Source of the DNA: a virus | Lineage: Duplodnaviria > Caudoviricetes | Reading direction: 5' to 3' (one strand) | DNA: 27,093 bases | IMG/VR virus record: IMGVR_UViG_3300020374_000030 | Span: 1-27,093 of that record | In this document: piece after piece, positions 6,678-14,713 of the stretch | Numbering within the stretch: position 1 is the first letter of the stretch | Layout: every line of letters begins with the position of its first letter | Program-made: the position numbers and the translations under genes | The notes under the pieces: model-generated | What the model saw: the letters and a program-made list of their open reading frames with translations, nothing else | Told to the model about the DNA's origin: nothing | The model's database searches: none

Positions 6678-7583
6678 ATAATCTTGTATTCTTTTCTGAA
6701 TTAGACTACCATAGTCTTCATGTAGTTCACACCCTATGTAATCACGACCAAGTGACTTGGCAACCATAGCAGTTGTGCCACTACCCATGAATGGGTCAAG
6801 TATTATATCTCCTGTCTCACTCCCTGCCAGTATGCAAGGTTCAATCAAGTCAGGTGGATATGTGGCAAAATGTGCTTCACGATATGGTTTATTGGTTACT
6901 GACCAGACAGATCGTTTATTCTTTGTTGGATATGATTTTGTAAGTCCCGAATGTGGTTGTAGTCCTGTTCCTTCGTTATGGTATTTTCCTTTTGTTCTGT
7001 CTCTTGTTCCCCAATCTTTTGCGGGTTCTTTGATTGCTTCATTATCGTAGTAGTACTTTTTATTTTTACTAAACAAAAATATATATTCGTGCGACTTCGT
7101 ACACCTGTCCTTGACACTCTCTGGCATCGGATTTGGTTTGTGCCAAATTATGTCCTGTCTAAGATACCATCCATCATTTCTCATTGCGAAAGCGAATTGC
7201 CATGGGATTCCAATAAGGTCTTTTTCTTTGAGTCCTCTAATTTTATTTCCTCTACGAGGACACACATCTGGTAAGTCTTGTTTAGTAGTTGAGACACTTT
7301 GTCTTGGTAATCCTTGTCCTTTTCCAGGTCTGTAGTTATAGTAACTATCCCCAAGATTAACCCAACAAGTTCCATCATCTGTAAGCACATTGCGAACCTC
7401 CTTGAATACTGTAATTAATTGGTCAATGAAATCATCAGGTGTTTGTTCCTGACCGATTTGGTTTTGTTCTCCACCATAGTCACGCAATCCGTAGTATGGT
7501 GGGGATGTGATACAAGTCCTTGCTTGCTCATCAAATTGTTTGAGTGTCTCCCGACAATCTCCAAATAGAATTGTGTCTCTCAT
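6621..7583 (-). CDS. site-specific DNA amino-methyltransferase, beta class (N4-C/N6-A)
   Basis: N-terminal TSPPY (motif IV), HFATYP, C-terminal LDPFMGSGTT (motif I) and IGCEL. Confidence 0.93.
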   Translation of the reverse strand: MRDTILFGDCRETLKQFDEQARTCITSPPYYGLRDYGGEQNQIGQEQTPDDFIDQLITVFKEVRNVLTDDGTCWVNLGDSYYNYRPGKGQGLPRQSVSTTKQDLPDVCPRRGNKIRGLKEKDLIGIPWQFAFAMRNDGWYLRQDIIWHKPNPMPESVKDRCTKSHEYIFLFSKNKKYYYDNEAIKEPAKDWGTRDRTKGKYHNEGTGLQPHSGLTKSYPTKNKRSVWSVTNKPYREAHFATYPPDLIEPCILAGSETGDIILDPFMGSGTTAMVAKSLGRDYIGCELHEDYGSLIQKRIQDYHPVQEVSQEPTINILDLI

Positions 7584-8134
7584 TAGAAATTTAGAAACTG
7601 TTGATCTGCTTGTTGATACAAGTAAGATAAATTAATTGGTGGTAATATTGGATTGACTTCTCCAATATTACACTCATAATAATCTTCTTTCTTTAACTCT
7701 ATCATAGCACCATCAGCACCTTCTTGGTATAGACTCCTTGCATGCTCATCCTCAACAACTACAACTCTTCTTGCTGTGAGATCAATAACAAGTAACCAAT
7801 CAAATGTACTGACTTGTTTAAAGTCTTCAACTGTTTTAGTCTCACTCAAAAATGATTTAACTTTAAACTTCTTAGTTGCATTTGGGTCTTTTCTTTTGTA
7901 AAATAGATTCTTACCCATCTTGAGTTCAATCTTTTTATCTTCCCATTCAAAGTCATAACCATTTTGGTCAACTCTATCAATGTCCGAGAATTTATCAAGT
8001 GCCTTTTCAACCATTGTTGCTCTGGCAAAGTTATCAGCATTAGATGTAAATCCTTTATCTGAGTATAAAGAATCAACAACTCCAAATACTCTATCCCAAT
8101 TAACTTTTGTTTCTAATTGTTCAATAAAATTCAT
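7583..8134 (-). CDS. putative PD-(D/E)xK endonuclease, restriction-enzyme-like (183 aa)
   Basis: E...GYDF...IELK arrangement (VEKAL, NGYDFEW, KIELKMG); TAATG-coupled to the methyltransferase. Confidence 0.55.
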   Translation of the reverse strand: MNFIEQLETKVNWDRVFGVVDSLYSDKGFTSNADNFARATMVEKALDKFSDIDRVDQNGYDFEWEDKKIELKMGKNLFYKRKDPNATKKFKVKSFLSETKTVEDFKQVSTFDWLLVIDLTARRVVVVEDEHARSLYQEGADGAMIELKKEDYYECNIGEVNPILPPINLSYLYQQADQQFLNF

Positions 8135-8136
8135 GA

Positions 8137-8241
8137 TTATCCGTATGTGTGTATGTTGTAATGTTTACGAACTGGTTTATATTTTGGTTCGGGTTTAACC
8201 TTAACCACCTTATAAATTTTGAGAAGTAAATCTGTTTTCAT
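8137..8241 (-). CDS. small basic protein (34 aa, MKTDLLLKIYKVVKVKPEPKYKPVRKHYNIHTYG)
   Basis: ATGA overlap with the helicase stop; ends 2 nt before the nuclease ATG. Confidence 0.5.
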   Translation of the reverse strand: MKTDLLLKIYKVVKVKPEPKYKPVRKHYNIHTYG

Positions 8242-9416
8242 TTTGTTACCACACTTGTTGCTGCTTGACCTTTGTTGAATATGGTATCCACAACTGCTTC
8301 GACCTTTGCAGCAGTAGAAATACCAACCTTTGAATAGACAGGGATGCAAACAAGTCCGAATACTTTGTCAGCATTGCCCTTACGGATGACACGACCAATC
8401 GTTTGTGAGATACCTATGTAGTCCATAGATCTCATGAATAGGACTGCTTCAAGACCATTAACATTGATACCCTCTGAGAGTATGCTGTGGTGTAGAACAA
8501 CAAACTTCTTGTCATTGCGACCCCACTCATTAAGTGTATCAAAGAATGTCTCTCTGTCCACCTTCTCCCCATCAATTATAGCACCTGTCTTAGATGTAAT
8601 CATCATCCATGAATAACCACGAACTGATAGTTGCTTGACGAAATCAGTTTGTGATACAAGTGCAACAATTTGTTTTGTTGACTTGGCACATATCAATACC
8701 TTGTCCTTATCCAAGTTATCTATGGCATCTACCATCTGCTCACAATCTCTGTCAGCAACCAACTCATCTTTGTCAAGTATTCTGGTTTTGTAAACTTCAA
8801 CCTTTGGTGGTAGTATGTATCCCTGCTTGACCAACTTAGGTGCAGGTACATTGCAAATCACATTGCCATACACCTTAGTCCAGTTCATACCTGCCTTGCT
8901 AGGTGTCAAACTGTGCTTTGGTGTTGCTGTAAAGAAGTATGCTCTTGTGAAGATACTGGTTGATAGATGCTCAACAGCAGGGAAAAAGTTTTTCTGTACT
9001 GAGTTGTGTGCTTCATCAAAGTAGATAGTATCAACAACAATATTACTCTCAGCAATTCTGTGTAGTGAATGATATGTTGTGAAGATCAACTGGTTGTGAC
9101 CATCGTTAGCATTATGAAAGTTGAACTCTCTGATAGCATCAACCTTAGTTGTACTGAAGTGATGAGTCTCTCCACTGTGAACGTGCATCACTTTGACATC
9201 AGTAATGAACTCAAGAAACTCTGCTGACAACTGGTTTGCCAATAGAATACGAGGAGCAACAACCACTATTGTATGTTGAGGGAACTTTGAGAATTCTCTC
9301 TTGGCATCCTGTATCATACAGATAGTCTTACCACCACCTGTAGGTACAATGACTTGACCTTTGTCATTGTCAATCATTGCCTGTATTGCTTGCTCTTGGT
9401 GGGGTCTTAGTTGCAT
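8238..9416 (-). CDS. superfamily 2 (DEAH, ResIII-like) helicase (392 aa)
   Basis: Q-motif LRPHQ, Walker A PTGGGKT, DEAH, TATP, LSEGIN, QTIGRVIR; start moved to ATG 9416 downstream of promoter copy 7. Confidence 0.9.
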   Translation of the reverse strand: MQLRPHQEQAIQAMIDNDKGQVIVPTGGGKTICMIQDAKREFSKFPQHTIVVVAPRILLANQLSAEFLEFITDVKVMHVHSGETHHFSTTKVDAIREFNFHNANDGHNQLIFTTYHSLHRIAESNIVVDTIYFDEAHNSVQKNFFPAVEHLSTSIFTRAYFFTATPKHSLTPSKAGMNWTKVYGNVICNVPAPKLVKQGYILPPKVEVYKTRILDKDELVADRDCEQMVDAIDNLDKDKVLICAKSTKQIVALVSQTDFVKQLSVRGYSWMMITSKTGAIIDGEKVDRETFFDTLNEWGRNDKKFVVLHHSILSEGINVNGLEAVLFMRSMDYIGISQTIGRVIRKGNADKVFGLVCIPVYSKVGISTAAKVEAVVDTIFNKGQAATSVVTK

Positions 9417-9437
9417 AGATTTCCTGTTGATATACTT

Positions 9438-9494
9438 ATTATAGCAAACGTATGTGATATTGTATAGTGTGTGTGCCACTATGTTAACTGACCA
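9438..9494 (-). promoter_or_regulatory. repeated early-promoter element, copy 7
   Basis: TGcTATAAT (hexamer 9443-9438); GTGCCAC-TATGTTAA-CTGACCA at 9473-9494; leader AAGTATATCAACAGGA. Confidence 0.7.
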
Positions 9495-9507
9495 TGTGTT
9501 ACCATAC

Positions 9508-9543
9508 AAAAAAGAGTCTCACTTTGAAACAAGTAAGACTCTT
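9508..9543 (-). terminator. intrinsic terminator ending the late tail transcript
   Basis: Minus strand AAGAGTCTTACTT-GTTTCA-AAGTGAGACTCTT-TTTT: 13-bp stem with one G-U, plus U tract. Confidence 0.85.
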
Positions 9544-10052
9544 CAATTTTTAATCCCCTTTTTATATTCAACCTCTGTGTCACGTTCAACATCAACAAAT
9601 AATATTTCTAAAGGTTTATCAGAGTAATTATATGCTTGATGTGTGTAGTTCATAACATCACAAACCTCTGGTTTCCCCTCCTTCCACTTAACAACTCCAT
9701 CTTTTATATTTACCCAATCCATATAACATTTATCAGTATCAGGAACAGTAAGTGGTATTTGAATCCTTTTGTATGGGTACCGTAGAATATCAGGATCTTT
9801 ATGTGGTTTTAATATGGTGTTAGGATAAAAGATGGTGTAGTTTGAAAATAATATATTTTCATTCTGATAGATTTTACGAATCTCATCAGTCATCAATTTG
9901 TCTCTTATTATAGTTGTTTTCTTTACTGATTTAATCCAATAGTAATCTATAACTTTATTTGAATAACCATCTATCGTGGGTGCTTTCTTAACTGGAAACG
10001 TAACATTTTTTGCCCAGTTATATAATGTTAACAGATCATTACTTTTAATCAT
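9543..10052 (-). CDS. aspartyl/asparaginyl beta-hydroxylase-like 2OG-Fe(II) oxygenase
   Basis: LKPHKD (HxD), RIQIPL, distal HQAYN, LFVD. Confidence 0.7.
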   Translation of the reverse strand: MIKSNDLLTLYNWAKNVTFPVKKAPTIDGYSNKVIDYYWIKSVKKTTIIRDKLMTDEIRKIYQNENILFSNYTIFYPNTILKPHKDPDILRYPYKRIQIPLTVPDTDKCYMDWVNIKDGVVKWKEGKPEVCDVMNYTHQAYNYSDKPLEILFVDVERDTEVEYKKGIKN

Positions 10053-10543
10053 TAATTCTTATAAAAAATACCTAATACTCCACCATCTAAGTTTATGTTA
10101 TATTGCTTGTTTAAGTCAAGTCTTGCATACTCATATCTTTTCATAGTCTTACCATTCACTATAGGTTTACCATTAAAACATACAAGAAATGTTTGTCTGT
10201 GTGACTTATCTAAATCTATTACTGTCTCTTCACTTTTAACGAGTCTACCCTCCCAATTTTGACCTTTTTCAAGAGTATTAAATCCAACTAAATGAAAATC
10301 CTCTTGTGAATGAAATATTCTAAATTTATGTAGATAACTCCTCACATCAACAAATTCTCCTTCTCTCACTAGTACATGATCCTGAGAAAACATCGTACCA
10401 AGTTTACCAATACCTTTAATTCCATAATAAAATATAGTATTAGAATCAATAGGATTTTCTGCTAAAACATAATCTTTTTTACCTATGTTAACACATAATG
10501 AAAACTCACCACTTTCTCTATAAAATCTTCTACACGTTGTCAT
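10052..10543 (-). CDS. hypothetical protein (163 aa), beta-rich, possibly cupin-like
   Basis: ORF track; overlaps neighbours at both ends; the fold is a guess. Confidence 0.7.
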   Translation of the reverse strand: MTTCRRFYRESGEFSLCVNIGKKDYVLAENPIDSNTIFYYGIKGIGKLGTMFSQDHVLVREGEFVDVRSYLHKFRIFHSQEDFHLVGFNTLEKGQNWEGRLVKSEETVIDLDKSHRQTFLVCFNGKPIVNGKTMKRYEYARLDLNKQYNINLDGGVLGIFYKN

Positions 10544-10881
10544 AATTCAATTTCTTTTAAATCATTTCGAAATCCAAATGGTATGGAAACTACCTTATCT
10601 AGTAGATCATCGACACACATAGATTTTATTTCTTCAGTTGATTTATTCTCGTCTAAGATTGGTTCCTCCTCAAAATCTGAAATAACATGATCGCATAATA
10701 TAGATCGCAAACTCTCTTCAAAATTATAAACATCACTAAAATCTAGATTATCATAGGATATTGCCATTTTTTGATGGTCATCAATTGGTTTTGGTGAATT
10801 TTGCCTACAAAATTTAACTATAAGTTGTTTTTTTTCTGGGTTATTTGATATGATCTTAAATATAATATTGATGTGAATCAT
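10540..10881 (-). CDS. hypothetical protein (113 aa) following the Gly-rich adhesin
   Basis: ORF track; ATGA overlap with the next gene. Confidence 0.7.
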   Translation of the reverse strand: MIHINIIFKIISNNPEKKQLIVKFCRQNSPKPIDDHQKMAISYDNLDFSDVYNFEESLRSILCDHVISDFEEEPILDENKSTEEIKSMCVDDLLDKVVSIPFGFRNDLKEIEL

Positions 10882-10892
10882 GCAAAATTTAA

Positions 10893-11966
10893 TTAATATA
10901 TATTTGATTCAGGATATAAAATATCTCCAGTAACTGTTCCACCACCAGTAGATGATGTATAACTTGCTGGATCAGCATTTTTTGCACCTATAATTGCATA
11001 TCCACTTAATCCTTTAGTTGCACCACTATTTCCACCATCTTGTGCAATACCAGCAGGATCTCCACCATTACCTCCTTTACCAGCACCACCGCCACCACCA
11101 GAACCACCAGCACCACCACCATTATTTCCATCAACAGTACCATCTGCACCAGCAGATCCATTAGATCCACCATTTGAAGCTCCTGAACCAGCAGCAGCTC
11201 CTGAACCAAAGGGAAATCCTTGACCTCCACCACCTCCACCACCAGAGGATGTTGCAAATACTGAACTCTTCTTACCAGAACTTACATATTGACCTTTTCC
11301 TTTTCCACCTCCTCCACCACCAAAACCAGCACTTATTAATCCTTTGTTAACAATTTTCATACTAGCATAGTTTGTTTCCTCTACCCCTATCGCACTTCCT
11401 CCATTTTTACCTGCAACACCTTGACCATTGGAATTACCACCCTTTCCAGCATTTCCACCTTGACCTAAAATTTTCCCAGATGCACCTACGTTAATTTCTA
11501 ATTTTGTTCCTGTATCCCATACTCCTGTTTTAAGAGCAACATTTCTTCTGACAGATTTACCACTACCCTGACTCTGATGTGTTGACCCAATTGTCACGTT
11601 TACATGAGCAATAATTCTTTTACCTGTTGTTGAACTTGGTTTAGGTTCATATCCACCAACGACAAATAATCCCTGACCAATTGAACTCCCAACAAATTTT
11701 TCTTTCATGTCATGTCGTATAGTATTATCTAAATCAGAATCAAAATAATCTAGAACAACGTTTAAACTTTTAGAACTAAAATCACTAAATTTCATTTGTC
11801 CTGACGTTGGAATTCCTTGATCCAATGGCAAATTTGTTAAATCTCCTAAATTTTCATTTGTAAAATTTGAATTACTGCTCTGGTATGCAGCAAAACTTGG
11901 AGCTAATCCAAACTCTGTTTTTATTTGACTATATCTTATTGATTGACCTATACCTGGTAACGTCAT
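10893..11966 (-). CDS. glycine-rich tail-tip adhesin, T-even gp38-like (357 aa)
   Basis: N-terminal IRYSQIKTEFG...IPTSGQMKFSDF, then repeated polyglycine tracts (GQGGNAGKGG, GFGGGGGGKG, SSGGGGGGGQG), NKGLISAG and GYAI; typical of polyglycine-II sandwich adhesins. Confidence 0.65.
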   Translation of the reverse strand: MTLPGIGQSIRYSQIKTEFGLAPSFAAYQSSNSNFTNENLGDLTNLPLDQGIPTSGQMKFSDFSSKSLNVVLDYFDSDLDNTIRHDMKEKFVGSSIGQGLFVVGGYEPKPSSTTGKRIIAHVNVTIGSTHQSQGSGKSVRRNVALKTGVWDTGTKLEINVGASGKILGQGGNAGKGGNSNGQGVAGKNGGSAIGVEETNYASMKIVNKGLISAGFGGGGGGKGKGQYVSSGKKSSVFATSSGGGGGGGQGFPFGSGAAAGSGASNGGSNGSAGADGTVDGNNGGGAGGSGGGGGAGKGGNGGDPAGIAQDGGNSGATKGLSGYAIIGAKNADPASYTSSTGGGTVTGDILYPESNIY

Positions 11967-11983
11967 CGTGTTTTTTTAATTAT

Positions 11984-12676
11984 TTAGTATTTTTTCCAAT
12001 ATTTATCTGATATATACCCAACAGAGTAACCGAATTGATCATCCTTTAATATCGTAGTCACATCTCCCACAATCGCAAGTCTTTCTCCCGAAAAATCTCC
12101 TCCAGTAAATCTAGTGCTATGACATAAACTACTTGGAAAAAGTGCAATTGTTCCCTCTGGTGGGTGGAGAAAAAAATTTTGTGCATTAAGTTCATTATAT
12201 TTATTGACAACGGTTCTTTCCTTATTGTCATCTGCTATATTCATTGCCCCAAATAATATATTTTTACTACAAATGTTTTCAAATTCAATACAATGTGCAT
12301 TATCGGGCATATTTAAATAATATGCGAACGATACATGACTTGTTGAATGAATATGACATCTAATCTCATCTTCCTTTCTTCTTGCTCTTGATAACCATGA
12401 TTTAGTAATTGCATAATCAAATATATCTCTATATTCTAAAACATCACAAACATAATTTCTTACATGATTTATAACTTCTTTAAATAAATCATCCAAAGTA
12501 TCTTCCAAATGAATGAGTGGTTTAACAATATTCTCACTCACAGTATTATCAATATCACTCTCCTCATAGTCAAATTTAGGATATAATTTATAAAAATCAC
12601 TTTTATATTTCTCGTGACCCTCCATCTGCCCCACATATATCGTAGTGGGAAAAATATTAAAAATTTCAAATTGCAT
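11984..12676 (-). CDS. putative 2OG-Fe(II) oxygenase, TIGR02466-like
   Basis: IFPT start, SW, HIH...SFAYYL, EGTIALFPSSLCHST, RLAIVGD. Confidence 0.75.
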   Translation of the reverse strand: MQFEIFNIFPTTIYVGQMEGHEKYKSDFYKLYPKFDYEESDIDNTVSENIVKPLIHLEDTLDDLFKEVINHVRNYVCDVLEYRDIFDYAITKSWLSRARRKEDEIRCHIHSTSHVSFAYYLNMPDNAHCIEFENICSKNILFGAMNIADDNKERTVVNKYNELNAQNFFLHPPEGTIALFPSSLCHSTRFTGGDFSGERLAIVGDVTTILKDDQFGYSVGYISDKYWKKY

Positions 12677-12688
12677 AATTAAATTTAT

Positions 12689-14704
12689 TTAATGCAGGTT
12701 AACCCAGTTACCACTTACTCTAACCTGAAGTTTCGCACCACCAGCTAAGTCTGATACAAATACTATAGCACCATCTGATAAACCTGTCAAAGCATTTCTT
12801 TGAGTTGTGGTAATTTTTGGTGGATACATATACATACGATTGACATCAGTTCCAGTTGCATCTTGACCTGCCATTCTGAAGTCAACAGCAGATTGAGGTG
12901 CAGATGTTCCAATACCGACGGCACTTATTGTTACTTTTTGTCCACGAGCACTTACATTTACACCATTATCAAAAGTATCAGTTCTGATTGCAACATTACC
13001 ATCACTTGTGACGATAAATTTTGATGTTGAAACTCCTGATGAACTGACTGTTTCAATAAAATTTTCTGGGGAGCATGTAGTACCAATACCAACCCCTGCA
13101 AAATTAGTAAGAGATTTATTAGTTGTCCTCAAACCACTAAAAGTAGATACTCCTGCAGTGTCTAGTATACTTCCAGTCACATGTCCCTCGACACGTCCTA
13201 TGAGTTTTGAAGTTTCACCTGAGAAAGTTATGTTACCACCTATCGACAAATTATTATCTACTGAAACATCATTTCCAAAGAAAGAATTACCAGTGAAAGT
13301 AGATATACCTGCCACATGTAATGGTGCTATTGGTTGTGTGGTTCCTAAACCTAGAGAACCTCCAATACCAGTCAGTGTCATTAATGGGGTATTAGGTCCC
13401 TTATGCCAATGGAAATCACCTGTAGTTGGTTTACTATTGAAGTTAACGTAGTAGTTTATATTACCACTATCTGTGTTGATTAAATCTAGTGATTGTCTTG
13501 TACTATAAGATGTTGCACCACTTTCATTTCCATATCGTAGTGATCCAAAGTGAGATGATAATCCAGATGTGCCACCATTTAAACTTGCGACATTCAATTG
13601 TCCATAGACTGATGCACCTGCTCCGATTGTTTCAAATTTGGTAACATTATTATGTCTTATATCAACACCTGAAGTATTTGTTGCTTCTATATAAATTTTA
13701 CTTCCATCAGCATTTTTTAATTGGATGTTAGTACCTCTTAATTGAAGATCCCCACTACCAGTTTCTGATATAATACTTTGTCCACCTCCATCATCTATGT
13801 GATATATTGCTAGATCATTACCCGATCCAAAAAATACCTTAACATTATCTGGAAAAAATGCAGTTGTTCCGAATCCAACTGTAGCACCTGCTCCCAAAAC
13901 AATAGGACTTGAAAATGTAGTCACACCTGAAATATTAGTTCCACTTTCAATTTTAACTGAACTACCTGATACTCCTTTGAAATTTGTTGCTGTCACAACG
14001 CCAGATACAACCAAATGGTCATCAATAGTTGTTTGACCTGTAGCAGAATCAAGCGTTAATCCACCAGATGCAGTATCAATTTCATTATCATCACTCTGAC
14101 CAATTCTAATATTATCAATTGTTGCACCACCATTTGCATCAATAGAACCTGTAAATGTTGTAATACCACCTACAACTAACGTGTTTAGAACTGTATGTGC
14201 ATTTGCATCTATGTCACTATCAAAAGTTGATATGCCACTAGCAGTAAATTGATTTACAAGTAATGTACCAATGCTTGAAGTGATTCCTATGAAAGTGGTA
14301 AATCCTGTAAATCTAGAATCTCCAAGAACATCTAATTGAGCTCCAACTACTGTTGTTCCAATACCAACTTTGGCAGTTGTTGATAATGTTCCTGAATTGG
14401 CAATGAAACCATCAGTCGCAATAGCAACAATATTTGTTAATCCTGAAGCATCACCAACAAATTTAGTGGCAGTAAGAACTCCTGATAGAGCATCTATCTT
14501 TATATTACCAGCTGTTATCACTCCACTTATAACTGTTCCAGCTAAACTCGTTATACCTGTTATGCTTGCATTACCACGAACATCTAATTGTTTTTCTGGT
14601 TTTGTGGTTCCAATTCCAACCAGTCCTACCGCATTGACAATAAAGTTACTATCATCAACCTGAACACCATTTCTAAAATTAAATGACTTTGTATAGTTAG
14701 ACAT
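12689..14704 (-). CDS. tail fibre-like virion protein (671 aa)
   Basis: Repeated VGIGTT and GISTF/GITTF units; C-terminal PPKITTTQRNAL...W module. Confidence 0.75.
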   Translation of the reverse strand: MSNYTKSFNFRNGVQVDDSNFIVNAVGLVGIGTTKPEKQLDVRGNASITGITSLAGTVISGVITAGNIKIDALSGVLTATKFVGDASGLTNIVAIATDGFIANSGTLSTTAKVGIGTTVVGAQLDVLGDSRFTGFTTFIGITSSIGTLLVNQFTASGISTFDSDIDANAHTVLNTLVVGGITTFTGSIDANGGATIDNIRIGQSDDNEIDTASGGLTLDSATGQTTIDDHLVVSGVVTATNFKGVSGSSVKIESGTNISGVTTFSSPIVLGAGATVGFGTTAFFPDNVKVFFGSGNDLAIYHIDDGGGQSIISETGSGDLQLRGTNIQLKNADGSKIYIEATNTSGVDIRHNNVTKFETIGAGASVYGQLNVASLNGGTSGLSSHFGSLRYGNESGATSYSTRQSLDLINTDSGNINYYVNFNSKPTTGDFHWHKGPNTPLMTLTGIGGSLGLGTTQPIAPLHVAGISTFTGNSFFGNDVSVDNNLSIGGNITFSGETSKLIGRVEGHVTGSILDTAGVSTFSGLRTTNKSLTNFAGVGIGTTCSPENFIETVSSSGVSTSKFIVTSDGNVAIRTDTFDNGVNVSARGQKVTISAVGIGTSAPQSAVDFRMAGQDATGTDVNRMYMYPPKITTTQRNALTGLSDGAIVFVSDLAGGAKLQVRVSGNWVNLH

Positions 14705-14713
14705 TATTTCTTT

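Noticed and set aside
8238-9416. Helicase as T4 UvsW
   Set aside because: Shorter than UvsW, starts directly at the Q-motif and sits in an early accessory operon; no symbol assigned
1652-9494. Repeated palindrome as a CRISPR array or an NtcA/CRP box
   Set aside because: Copies are degenerate and hundreds to thousands of bp apart with genes between them; the consensus does not match GTA-N8-TAC or TGTGA-N6-TCACA
154-9505. TGACCATGTG(AG)TTACCAT at 154-172 and 9489-9505 as att-like ends of the early region
   Set aside because: Gapped short match; the same 10-mer also occurs inside a CDS (2489-2498); no integrase present; likely chance
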